NCBI GenBank assembly: GCA_045863855.1
Contig: BTVV01000050.1
Coordinates: 1-40,837, forward strand
Length of the DNA stretch: 40,837 nt
Direction of reading: 5' to 3'
Origin: Planctomycetota bacterium
GTDB lineage: Bacteria > Planctomycetota > SZUA-567 > H5-PLA8
The position numbers were made by a program, and so were the translations under genes. Positions 1 to 7,925 of the stretch are shown one piece after another (the first letter of the stretch is position 1; the number at the start of each line of letters is the position of its first letter). Below the pieces are notes generated by a model. The model did not search any database. It was not told the origin of the DNA and saw only the letters and a list, made by a program, of their open reading frames with translations.

Positions 1-661
1 AGAGCTTGGGCGTTGTGATGAAGCTCGTCGCCCGGTCGATTACGTCCCGCACCGGCGTCTGCTTGATTCCGATGGTGTGGAAGCAGGTGATCAGCGCTCC
101 GATCCAGTGCGTGGTGTTGATGACCTCGGGGCCGCTTACGCCGGGGAAGAAGTATTTCGTTCCGCCGCTGTAGCCGGCGACTTCATGCGGGAAGACCGGC
201 CCGCAGACGATCACGCGGTCGTACTCGAAGAGCATTTTGTTGAGGCGCACCGGAACGTCGTGTTCCAGGCGCCCGCCGCTGAGTCTGGCGATCTCGGCAC
301 GGTCGAGGGTGCCCGCCGTGACGAACGTCTCGGGCTTCTGCCATTCGTGGTTGAAGATGCGCGCCTTGGCGAACTTCGTTTTAAGTTCTTCAGGCGTGAC
401 GCCCCAGCGCTTGCAGATCGCGTCCTCCTTCATGGGTTGATGCGTGCCCAGCGCGATCAGAAAGTCGAGCGCCTTTACGCGCGGCGCGAGCAGTTCGTAG
501 ATCAGGCGAAAAAAGAGCCCCTGCGGGCCGCTGCGCGTGCCGTCGGGGACCAGCACCAGGACGCGCTGACCCTCCAGGTTCGCGGCGCTGAAGCTTTGCG
601 CGAGAACCTTGCGCACGTCGGAGTCGGGCAGGACGCGGTCCGGATAGCCTTCGCCTTTCAC
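1..661 (-). CDS. LarA-family (lactate racemase-like, nickel-pincer cofactor) epimerase, 3'-partial
   Basis: Not in the ORF track because it runs off the window. Manual translation from GTG at 661: VKGEGYPDRVLP...VLVLVPDGTRSG...FLIALGTHQPM...FNHEW...GPVFPHEVAGYSGGTKYFFPG. DxTR, ALGTH and PHxxAGYSGGxK are LarA hallmark motifs. Starts 1 nt after the SDR stop codon. Confidence 0.88.
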   Translation of the reverse strand, partial: MKGEGYPDRVLPDSDVRKVLAQSFSAANLEGQRVLVLVPDGTRSGPQGLFFRLIYELLAPRVKALDFLIALGTHQPMKEDAICKRWGVTPEELKTKFAKARIFNHEWQKPETFVTAGTLDRAEIARLSGGRLEHDVPVRLNKMLFEYDRVIVCGPVFPHEVAGYSGGTKYFFPGVSGPEVINTTHWIGALITCFHTIGIKQTPVRDVIDRATSFITTPKL

Positions 662-662
662 G

Positions 663-1502
663 CTACACCCCTCCGAATGCCGAGAAGCCGCCGTCCACCG
701 GGAGCACCACACCGGTGAGGAAGCGCGCGGCGGGACTGAGCAGGAAAAGCATGGCCGCGTCGAGGTCCGCCGGTTCGCCGAAACGCCCCTGCGGCGTATG
801 CGCCAAAATCGTTTTTCCGCGCGCCGTGGGCTGCCCCGTCTTTTCCTCGGTGAGCAGGAAACGGTTCTGTTCGGTCAGAAAGAAGCCCGGCGCGAGCGCG
901 TTGACGCGGATCGCGGGACCGTACTCCTGGGCCATGTGCACCGAGAGCCACTGCGTAAAGTTCGTGATCGCCGCCTTGGCCGCGCTGTAGGCGACGACGC
1001 GCGTGAGCGGCTTGTAAGCGGCCATGCTGGAGATGTTCAGGATGTTCCCGCGTTTGCGGTCGGCCATGTGCTTCCCGAAGACTTGGCAGGGCAGGTAGGT
1101 GCCCATGATGTTCAGGTCGGTGGCGAACTGCAGGCCCTCTTTGGGCAGATCGAAGAACTTGCGTTCGGGCGGGAGCGCCGTGGCATCGGGCCGGTTTCCG
1201 CCGGCGTAATTGAGCAGGTGATCCACGTGGCCGAATTTGGCCGTGATCGCCGCGAGGCTGGCCTCCAGTTCCGCGCGGTTCAGGACGTCGCACGGCAGCG
1301 CCAGGGCCGCTCCTTCGCCAGCGGCGATCTCCGCCACGACTTCGTCGAGCTTCTCGCGCTTGCGCCCGAGCACTCCGACCTTTACGCCCGCGCGCACCAG
1401 GGCCAGACAAGCCGACTTGCCCAGCACGCCGTAGGCGCCTGTGACGACCGCCACCGTACCGGCCAGTTCGCTGAACGGGTTGATGCTTTCGATCCGAGCC
1501 AT
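663..1502 (-). CDS. SDR oxidoreductase, D-mannonate oxidoreductase/fructuronate reductase (UxuB-like)
   Basis: TGAYGVLG Rossmann motif, NYAGGN, YSAAK catalytic motif, NALAPGFF, VDGG. The PLTRVVAYSAAKAA segment and the uxaE neighbour fit the UxuB-type SDR subgroup. Confidence 0.85.
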   Translation of the reverse strand: MARIESINPFSELAGTVAVVTGAYGVLGKSACLALVRAGVKVGVLGRKREKLDEVVAEIAAGEGAALALPCDVLNRAELEASLAAITAKFGHVDHLLNYAGGNRPDATALPPERKFFDLPKEGLQFATDLNIMGTYLPCQVFGKHMADRKRGNILNISSMAAYKPLTRVVAYSAAKAAITNFTQWLSVHMAQEYGPAIRVNALAPGFFLTEQNRFLLTEEKTGQPTARGKTILAHTPQGRFGEPADLDAAMLFLLSPAARFLTGVVLPVDGGFSAFGGV

Positions 1503-1624
1503 GTATCGCTCCGTGCCTCGCTGTGGGGAACCGCTTACGCTTGTTTTCCGAGCGCCACGGATCAGGATAACACGAACCGGATTCCCACCAAGAGCCGATG
1601 ACGCGTTACGCGAAGGAGTCAGCC

Positions 1625-2866
1625 ATGGCCGCCACGCCGGAAGTCCTGGGATTGAAGCGTTCGTTCGGGTTCGGGGACCGCTTGGGTCTGGCGACGCCGG
1701 GGCATATCGACGCGCTGCGGGGCTCCGGCTTTGCGCCTATCTTCGCGCAGCAGTCGATCCGCGAGATGACGCGCACCAAGCGTACGCCGGATGAGGTGAT
1801 GCGTGCGGCCGTTCAAGCCTTGGCTCAGGAAAAATGGAGCGGTGCGTGGGGCGCCGACGCCGACCACTTGCAGACGCCCGAGGATGTCGTGCGCACGGCG
1901 AAAGAAGGCTTCACGTTCTTCACCATCGACCCCAGCGCGCATGTCAATAAGGAAGCCGATGCGCTGAGCCTTGACGCGCTCAAGGCCGCTCAAGCGCAGC
2001 TCGTGGCCCGCGGCGACGTGTCCGCCACCGGCGCACGAGATCTGTACCTCGGTAAGTCCTTCGACCTGCCCGGCGGCCAGTCTCTCAAGTTCGACGACGA
2101 GACGGCGCTCCTGCGCGCCGAGGTGAAGTACGGCGCCGCCTTGATGCATACGGCGCGTTTGTATGGAACGATTCAAGGCGCTTGCGGAGGCAAGCCATTC
2201 GAGGTGGAGATGTCCGTCGACGAGACGCCCAGCCCCACGTCGCCGATCGAGCATCTCTTCATTGGCCTGGAACTCCGGCGCCAGGGCGTGAAGCTGGTCA
2301 GCCTTGCCCCGCGCTTCGTGGGCGAGTTCGAAAAGGGCATCGACTTCAAAGGGGACCTCAAGCTGTTCGAGGCGCACTACCGCGTGCACGTGGCCATCGC
2401 GAAGCATTGCGGACCTTACAAGCTCAGCGTCCATTCCGGGAGCGACAAGTTCACGATTTACCCCATCGTCGCGCGGCTTTCGGGAGAGTTGCTGCACGTC
2501 AAGACGGCGGGAACCTCGTACCTGGAGGCGCTGCGCGTGGCCGCACGCGTCGATAAGCCCTTCTTCCGCGAGCTGATCGGATTCTGCCGTGGGCGCTACG
2601 ATACCGACAAAGCCACGTATCACGTCTCGGCTAAGCTGTCCGACGTGCCTGCTGACCCCGCCGACGCTGACCTAGAGCGCCTGTATCTCGACCTGGACAG
2701 CGGGCGGCAGATTCTGCACGTCACGTTTGGCGCGGTGTTGGGCGGCGAGCATGGCAAGCCGCCGTATAAAGGCAGGCTGCTCGACCTGTTGCATAAGCGC
2801 GCCGATCTTTACCGCGAGGTGCTGGCCATTCACCTTGGCAAACATTTGAAGCTGCTGCAGAGCTGA
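1625..2866 (+). CDS. uxaE: Tagaturonate/fructuronate epimerase
   Basis: SFGFGDRLGLATPGH, FAQQSIRE, GADADHL, FTIDPS, EMSVDET, LSVHSGSDKF, HVKTAGTSYLEALR and RQILHVTFG are UxaE-family motifs. ATG 1625 follows AAGGAG. Confidence 0.92.
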   Translation: MAATPEVLGLKRSFGFGDRLGLATPGHIDALRGSGFAPIFAQQSIREMTRTKRTPDEVMRAAVQALAQEKWSGAWGADADHLQTPEDVVRTAKEGFTFFTIDPSAHVNKEADALSLDALKAAQAQLVARGDVSATGARDLYLGKSFDLPGGQSLKFDDETALLRAEVKYGAALMHTARLYGTIQGACGGKPFEVEMSVDETPSPTSPIEHLFIGLELRRQGVKLVSLAPRFVGEFEKGIDFKGDLKLFEAHYRVHVAIAKHCGPYKLSVHSGSDKFTIYPIVARLSGELLHVKTAGTSYLEALRVAARVDKPFFRELIGFCRGRYDTDKATYHVSAKLSDVPADPADADLERLYLDLDSGRQILHVTFGAVLGGEHGKPPYKGRLLDLLHKRADLYREVLAIHLGKHLKLLQS

Positions 2867-2987
2867 GAGTTGTCCCAAAACTTTCCAGGGCTCAGCACGC
2901 GTTTACACAGAGCGTGCTCCAAAGGATCTAGGCTGTTATCTAAGTACTTGAAGTAAAAGAGATTAAGTGATTTTCAAAAGCCTTTAA

Positions 2988-3032
2988 CATTCATCTTATC
3001 TTTACATTAAGTTCATACAGTGGGCGTATGGT
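2988..3032 (+). promoter_or_regulatory. Pho-box-like 11-bp direct repeats plus -10 element upstream of phoB
   Basis: TTCATC (2990), TTTACA (3001) and TTCATA (3012) are spaced at exactly 11 bp, followed 9 nt later by TATGGT (3027). Confidence 0.65.
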
Positions 3033-3084
3033 GCTCCCGTCGAAGCGAACGGCGCGCGAGTGTCATCCTTAAAAGGAGCCCAAG

Positions 3085-3783
3085 GTGAGCACGGCTAAAA
3101 TTGTAGTCATCGAGGACGAATCGGACATCCTGGAGTTGCTGGAGTACAATCTTTCCAAGGAAGGCTACAAGGTTGTCAGCGCCCGCGATGGCGAGGACGG
3201 GTTGCGCAAGGTTCGGAAGGAAGCGCCGGACTTGGTGCTGCTGGATCTGATGCTGCCGGGGCTGGACGGGATCGAGATCTGCCGACGCTTGAAGGCCGAT
3301 CCGCTGACGCGCACCATGCCGGTGGTGATGGTGACGGCGAAGGGCGAAGAGAGCGACGTGGTGCTGGGATTGGGCGTCGGGGCCGACGATTACGTCACCA
3401 AACCGTTCAGTCCGAAGGAGTTGCTTGCGCGGGTCAAGGCGGTCTTGCGGCGCGGCCCGCTGAAGGAAGAACGCTCGGCGCGCGAACGGATTCAGCGCGG
3501 CGGGCTGGTGATCGACGCGACGCGGCACGAAGTGAAGGTGGATAACGAGCCGGTTCCGTTTACGGCCACCGAATTCCGGCTGCTGCACTTTTTGGCTGCG
3601 CACTGCGGGCGGGTCTTTACCCGCGATCAGTTGCTCAGCCATGTCGTGCGCGGGGACGCGCTGGTGATCGACCGGAACATCGATGTGCACGTTCGGGCGA
3701 TCCGGAAGAAGCTGGGTTCGCAGCGCGAACTGGTGGAGACCATTCGCGGCGTCGGGTACCGCTTCAAGGACGCCGGGGAGTAG
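3085..3783 (+). CDS. phoB: OmpR/PhoB-family response regulator, probably PhoB
   Basis: Receiver domain (IEDE, LLDLMLPG, VTKPF) plus winged-helix domain (RNIDVHVRAIRKKL, ETIRGVGY). GTG start after AAGGAG. Followed by a PhoR-like kinase and phosphate porins. Confidence 0.85.
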   Translation: MSTAKIVVIEDESDILELLEYNLSKEGYKVVSARDGEDGLRKVRKEAPDLVLLDLMLPGLDGIEICRRLKADPLTRTMPVVMVTAKGEESDVVLGLGVGADDYVTKPFSPKELLARVKAVLRRGPLKEERSARERIQRGGLVIDATRHEVKVDNEPVPFTATEFRLLHFLAAHCGRVFTRDQLLSHVVRGDALVIDRNIDVHVRAIRKKLGSQRELVETIRGVGYRFKDAGE

Positions 3784-3786
3784 CCG

Positions 3787-5631
3787 ATGGCGCATTCCCG
3801 TTTTTTCGGGAAGCTGTACGCGGGCTACGTGGTCCTGATATTAACCGTCACCTCTCTGGTCGGCATCCTGGTGGCGCATCGCATCGCGCGCGACTCCGAG
3901 GAACAGATGGAGCGGAACCTGCGCGCGAAGGCCGCGTTCCTGCGCGACCTCGCTGCGTCGGCCTTGCTTAACGGCCACCCGCCCGGCGGCGAACTGCAGG
4001 AGCGGATCGAGCGGTTGGGCCGCGAGACGGAATCCCGCCTCACCGTGATCGCGGCGGACGGCACCGTTCTGGCCGATTCCGACGACGATCCCGCGCGCAT
4101 GGACAATCATGCCAAGCGCCCTGAAGTGATCGATGCGCAGACGCATGAGGAAGGCAAGGCCACGCGATCCAGCCGCACCGTTGGCGCCAGCATGGTGTAT
4201 CTGGCTCAGGCCGTCCGAGCTCCGGACGGCGGCATTCGCGGATACGTGCGCACCGCCTTGCCGCTCACCGAGGTGGAAGGGCGGCTCTCCGACTTGCGCG
4301 GCCGCGTCATATTCGGCGCATTTACCGCGGCGCTCATCGCCCTGATCCTGGGCTTCGTCGTCGCTCATCGCATTACCGGCCCGGTCACGCGGCTGACGCG
4401 GATGGTCGAATCGCTGGCCGCCGGGGATTATTCCCAAAAGGTTCCGGCGCAGTCGCGCGACGAGATCGGCGAACTGGCGCACGCCGTCAACGCGATGGCC
4501 AGCCAGCTCAACGAGCGCATGCAGATTATCCTCACCGACCGCAACAAGCTGGCGGCGGTGCTGGCGAGCATGGCCGAAGGAGTCGTGGCGGTGGATCGCG
4601 ACGAGCGGGTGGTGCACCTGAACGAAGCGGCGCGCAAGATCCTGCGGCTGGGACCGGCCGACTGGGTGGGGCACAAGATCTGGGAAGTCACACGCACGCG
4701 GGAGATTTGCGAGTCGCTGGGCGAAGCGATGGGGCGCAATGCCGAACTCGAACGCGAGCTGCGCCTGGTCTCGCCGCCGCGCGATATCTTCGTCAAGCTG
4801 CACGCCTCGCCTTTGCGGGATTCCGACGGCAAGCTGGCCGGCGCCGTGGTGATTCTCGAGGATGTCTCCGATTTGCGCCGGCTCGAGGAAGTGCGGCGCG
4901 ATTTCGTCGCCAACGTCTCGCACGAGCTGAAGACGCCGCTCACCGCGATACGCGGGCTGGTCGAGACGCTGATCGAAGAACCGGAAATGGAGCGCGAAAC
5001 GCGCGTACGCTTCCTCGACAAGGTCCACCGCCAGACGATGCGCCTTTCGCAGATCGTGACCGACCTGCTCACGCTCTCGCGGGCCGAAGCTCAGGACGGC
5101 GCGCTGGAGCGCGAAGTGCTCGACTTGCGCGAGCCGATCCGCGACTCGGTACGCAATCTGCGTATTTCCGCCGAAGAGAAGAAAATCGCGCTCTCGATCG
5201 AGGGCTGCGCGGAGCCGCTTCCGCTCAAGGGCGATTACGAAGCGTTCCGGCAGGCGATCGACAATCTGCTCGACAATGCGATCAAGTACACGCCCGCCGG
5301 AGGATCGGTCTGGGTGCGCGCCAAGCGCGACGGGGACGATGCGCTGGTGGAAGTTCAGGACACGGGAATCGGGATCGATCCGATGCACCAGGAACGCATT
5401 TTCGAACGCTTCTACCGCGTGGATAAGGCGCGTTCGCGCGAACTGGGCGGCACGGGGCTGGGGCTTTCCATCGTGAAGCATATCGCCATGGCGCTGGGCG
5501 GGAGCGTATCGGTCGAGAGCTTTCCCGGTCGCGGCAGCCATTTTCGAATTCGGCTGCCGCTGGCGTTGAATGCCACGGGCGAGTTGGAACAAAAAGCGCC
5601 CGCCTCGGAGGCCGCTTCGCAAGAAGCGTAG
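3787..5631 (+). CDS. phoR: Sensor histidine kinase, PhoR-like (2 TM, Cache-like sensor, HAMP, PAS, HisKA, HATPase)
   Basis: DFVANVSHELKTPLT H-box, NLLDNAIKY, DTGIGI, FYRVDKARSRELGGTGLGLSIVKH, and an MDNHxxRPEV periplasmic motif of the B. subtilis PhoR type. Confidence 0.88.
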   Translation: MAHSRFFGKLYAGYVVLILTVTSLVGILVAHRIARDSEEQMERNLRAKAAFLRDLAASALLNGHPPGGELQERIERLGRETESRLTVIAADGTVLADSDDDPARMDNHAKRPEVIDAQTHEEGKATRSSRTVGASMVYLAQAVRAPDGGIRGYVRTALPLTEVEGRLSDLRGRVIFGAFTAALIALILGFVVAHRITGPVTRLTRMVESLAAGDYSQKVPAQSRDEIGELAHAVNAMASQLNERMQIILTDRNKLAAVLASMAEGVVAVDRDERVVHLNEAARKILRLGPADWVGHKIWEVTRTREICESLGEAMGRNAELERELRLVSPPRDIFVKLHASPLRDSDGKLAGAVVILEDVSDLRRLEEVRRDFVANVSHELKTPLTAIRGLVETLIEEPEMERETRVRFLDKVHRQTMRLSQIVTDLLTLSRAEAQDGALEREVLDLREPIRDSVRNLRISAEEKKIALSIEGCAEPLPLKGDYEAFRQAIDNLLDNAIKYTPAGGSVWVRAKRDGDDALVEVQDTGIGIDPMHQERIFERFYRVDKARSRELGGTGLGLSIVKHIAMALGGSVSVESFPGRGSHFRIRLPLALNATGELEQKAPASEAASQEA

Positions 5632-5779
5632 CTTCCCGAAGGATTCATTGGAGTTGCTGCGACGTGCGTAAATTCGAATTCAACTTTAAGGCTGTTTAAG
5701 GATAAAGCGCGAACGAAAGTCCAGCTCGGCTGCTCAAAAGCGTTTCGAAAGCTTCGACTACCTTCAAGATTATTTTGCA

Positions 5780-5812
5780 CTTCATACAGCCTTCACAATC
5801 GGCCGGTAATGT
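5780..5812 (+). promoter_or_regulatory. Pho-box-like tandem repeat plus -10 element upstream of porin 1
   Basis: CTTCATACAGC-CTTCACAATCG has an 11-bp period and is followed 9 nt after TTCACA by TAATGT (5807). TTCATACAG is shared with the phoB promoter. Confidence 0.7.
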
Positions 5813-5880
5813 TCCGCACCATCAGCAACACAGGTGCAGGACATCGTGTCCCGATCCTTTCTCAGGGGGAGGTACTTTTC

Positions 5881-7626
5881 ATGCGTTGTTTCGTGTGGGC
5901 GGCTGTAGCGATCGCTGCGGTCCTGTTCGTGGCGCCTGTGACGGCGTCTGAAGAAAGCGCGGCGGTGGAAGAGCGCCTGCGCCGATTGGAGCGCTTGGTG
6001 GAGGCTCAGCAGCGGGCCCTCTCCGAGAAAGACCAGCAGATTGGCGAGTTGCAATCGGGCATGGGCAACCAGGCGAAGATGGCCGAAAAGCTGGCGCAGA
6101 TCGAGTCCGGTACGTACTTCCAGACCGACGCGGCGAAGCCGGCCGACAACACCTTTAAGGTGTTCTGGAAAGAAGGCCTGAAGTTCGAGACGGCGGACAA
6201 GGCGTTCAGCTTGGCGCTGGGCGGGCGTATCTTCAACGACTACGGTTGGTACAGCGAGTCCGACGAGATCAGCGATATCTACGGCGAACAGGAAGACCAA
6301 GCGTACTTCCGCGCCGCCCGGTTGGAGTTCGGCGGCACGATCTACAAGAACGTCTTTTTTAAGGCGCAGTACGACTTCGCCAGCAATGCACAGGGTTCGG
6401 ACGAGTTCCGCGACGTTTTCATGGGCCTGAAGAATCTGCCTTGGTTGGGCACCATGACGGTCGGTCAGTTCAAGATGCCGATGGGCCTCGAAGAGTTGAC
6501 GAGCAGCAAGTACATCACCTTTATGGAGCGCAGCGCGCCGACGCTGGCGTTCTCGCCGAGCCGCCATGTGGGCGTGCAGTTCAACAACAACCACTTCGAC
6601 GAACGGCTGACTTGGTCGGTGGCGGCTTACAAACTGGCCAACATCGATGCGGCGACCGCTTCGGACGATCAGCGCGAGAAGATCATCTTCAACAACAGCG
6701 ACCCGGATACGGACGACGGCTTCGACTTCCGCCCTTCGGACGGGCAGGCCAACTGGGCGATTGGTACCCGCCTGACCGGTACGCCGTACTTCGCGGATAA
6801 GGACAAGCTCGTGCACTTGGGCTTGGCCTATCAGTGGCAGCACTTGGCGGGGAAGGATGCTCGCATCCGCGTGCGTCCGGAAAACCGCATGAACGCAAGC
6901 CTCATCGATACCGGTTTGCTGCCGGCCAACGATCGCCATCTGTTCGGCGCGGAAGTGGCGATGGTGTACAAGCGCTGGTCGTTCCAGGCGGAGTGGATGG
7001 GTTCGTGGCTGGAACGCGGCGACCTGGGCAACTACGTCCACGATAGCCGCATCGAGACCAACGGAGGGTATGATTTTGCCGGCGGTGTCCAATCGACCAC
7101 AGTACCCACCGGATTGCGCAACGGCGCGGAGTTCGCCGATCTGAGCGGTGCGGATGACTCGTTGTTCATGCATGGCTTCTACTTGATGGGCAGCGTATTC
7201 GTCACCGACGACGCCCGGCACTACAAGAAGTCCAGCGGGGCGTTCGATCGCGTGAAGCCAAAGCACAACTTCGACGGCAAGGGCGGCTGGGGCGCGCTGG
7301 AGTTGGCCGGCCGCTTGAGCTACCTCGATCTGGATGACGGGGAAAAGGACGATCTGGACGCCGACGGCGACGAGACTGGCCGCGAAGACCGGCTCAACGA
7401 AGTCCGCGGCGGTAGCGCTTGGATCGCCACGGCCGGGTTGAATTGGTACCTCAATCCGAACATGCGCTGGATGTTCAACTACTCGGTGACCAATTACCGG
7501 GCGAATGACATCGTGGCGCAGGGCGGCGTGGACCGTGCGTTCGTTCAAGGCGCTGCTGAGCCGGATGATCGGCGCGCGGACGGGCACGTCAATACGTTCG
7601 CGATGCGCTTCCAGGTCGACTTTTAA
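5881..7626 (+). CDS. OprO/OprP-family phosphate-selective porin (copy 1)
   Basis: ATG 5881 after GGGGAGG. Signal peptide, coiled coil, FRAARLEFGG, VGQFKMPMGLEELTSSKYITFMERS, GALELAGRLSYLDL, GLNWYLNPN and C-terminal RFQVDF. Confidence 0.88.
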   Translation: MRCFVWAAVAIAAVLFVAPVTASEESAAVEERLRRLERLVEAQQRALSEKDQQIGELQSGMGNQAKMAEKLAQIESGTYFQTDAAKPADNTFKVFWKEGLKFETADKAFSLALGGRIFNDYGWYSESDEISDIYGEQEDQAYFRAARLEFGGTIYKNVFFKAQYDFASNAQGSDEFRDVFMGLKNLPWLGTMTVGQFKMPMGLEELTSSKYITFMERSAPTLAFSPSRHVGVQFNNNHFDERLTWSVAAYKLANIDAATASDDQREKIIFNNSDPDTDDGFDFRPSDGQANWAIGTRLTGTPYFADKDKLVHLGLAYQWQHLAGKDARIRVRPENRMNASLIDTGLLPANDRHLFGAEVAMVYKRWSFQAEWMGSWLERGDLGNYVHDSRIETNGGYDFAGGVQSTTVPTGLRNGAEFADLSGADDSLFMHGFYLMGSVFVTDDARHYKKSSGAFDRVKPKHNFDGKGGWGALELAGRLSYLDLDDGEKDDLDADGDETGREDRLNEVRGGSAWIATAGLNWYLNPNMRWMFNYSVTNYRANDIVAQGGVDRAFVQGAAEPDDRRADGHVNTFAMRFQVDF

Positions 7627-7632
7627 ACCTAT

Positions 7633-7682
7633 CCTGTCCCCCTGCCCCTTCCCCCTCCGCGGGGGTGGGGCAGGGGACGAGG
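7633..7682 (+). terminator. GC-rich imperfect hairpin after porin 1
   Basis: CCTGTCCCCCTGCCCC...GGGGCAGGGGACGAGG inverted repeat just after the stop codon. No strong U-tract on the + strand. Confidence 0.45.
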
Positions 7683-7925
7683 AAAACTCGAAGCCGCTGC
7701 GAGTTCTTCCCGTCCCCTGCCTCGCCAACCACCGGAGGTTTTTTTGTATCTGGACCAGCACCTTATTAACGCCTAATACGGGACTGCCGGCGCTGCCGGG
7801 ATTTATGCACGTGTAGCCTTGCCTCCCCTGGGTCTTCATGTAGTCTTGGTGCGCCCTTAAAGAGTTTATGGTTCAGGTGCCAGCGGGTGGAAGGATTGCA
7901 CCCCTGACTTGGGAGGTGGCATTCC

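Noticed and set aside
77..718. 213-aa + strand ORF
   Set aside because: It is the antisense shadow of the LarA-family gene, which carries the real motifs.
5782..7839. 685-aa antisense ORF over porin 1, and similar long shadows over phoR, nuoL, pilT and the DHS gene
   Set aside because: These are typical stop-poor antisense frames of high-GC3 genes, with no motifs or RBS.
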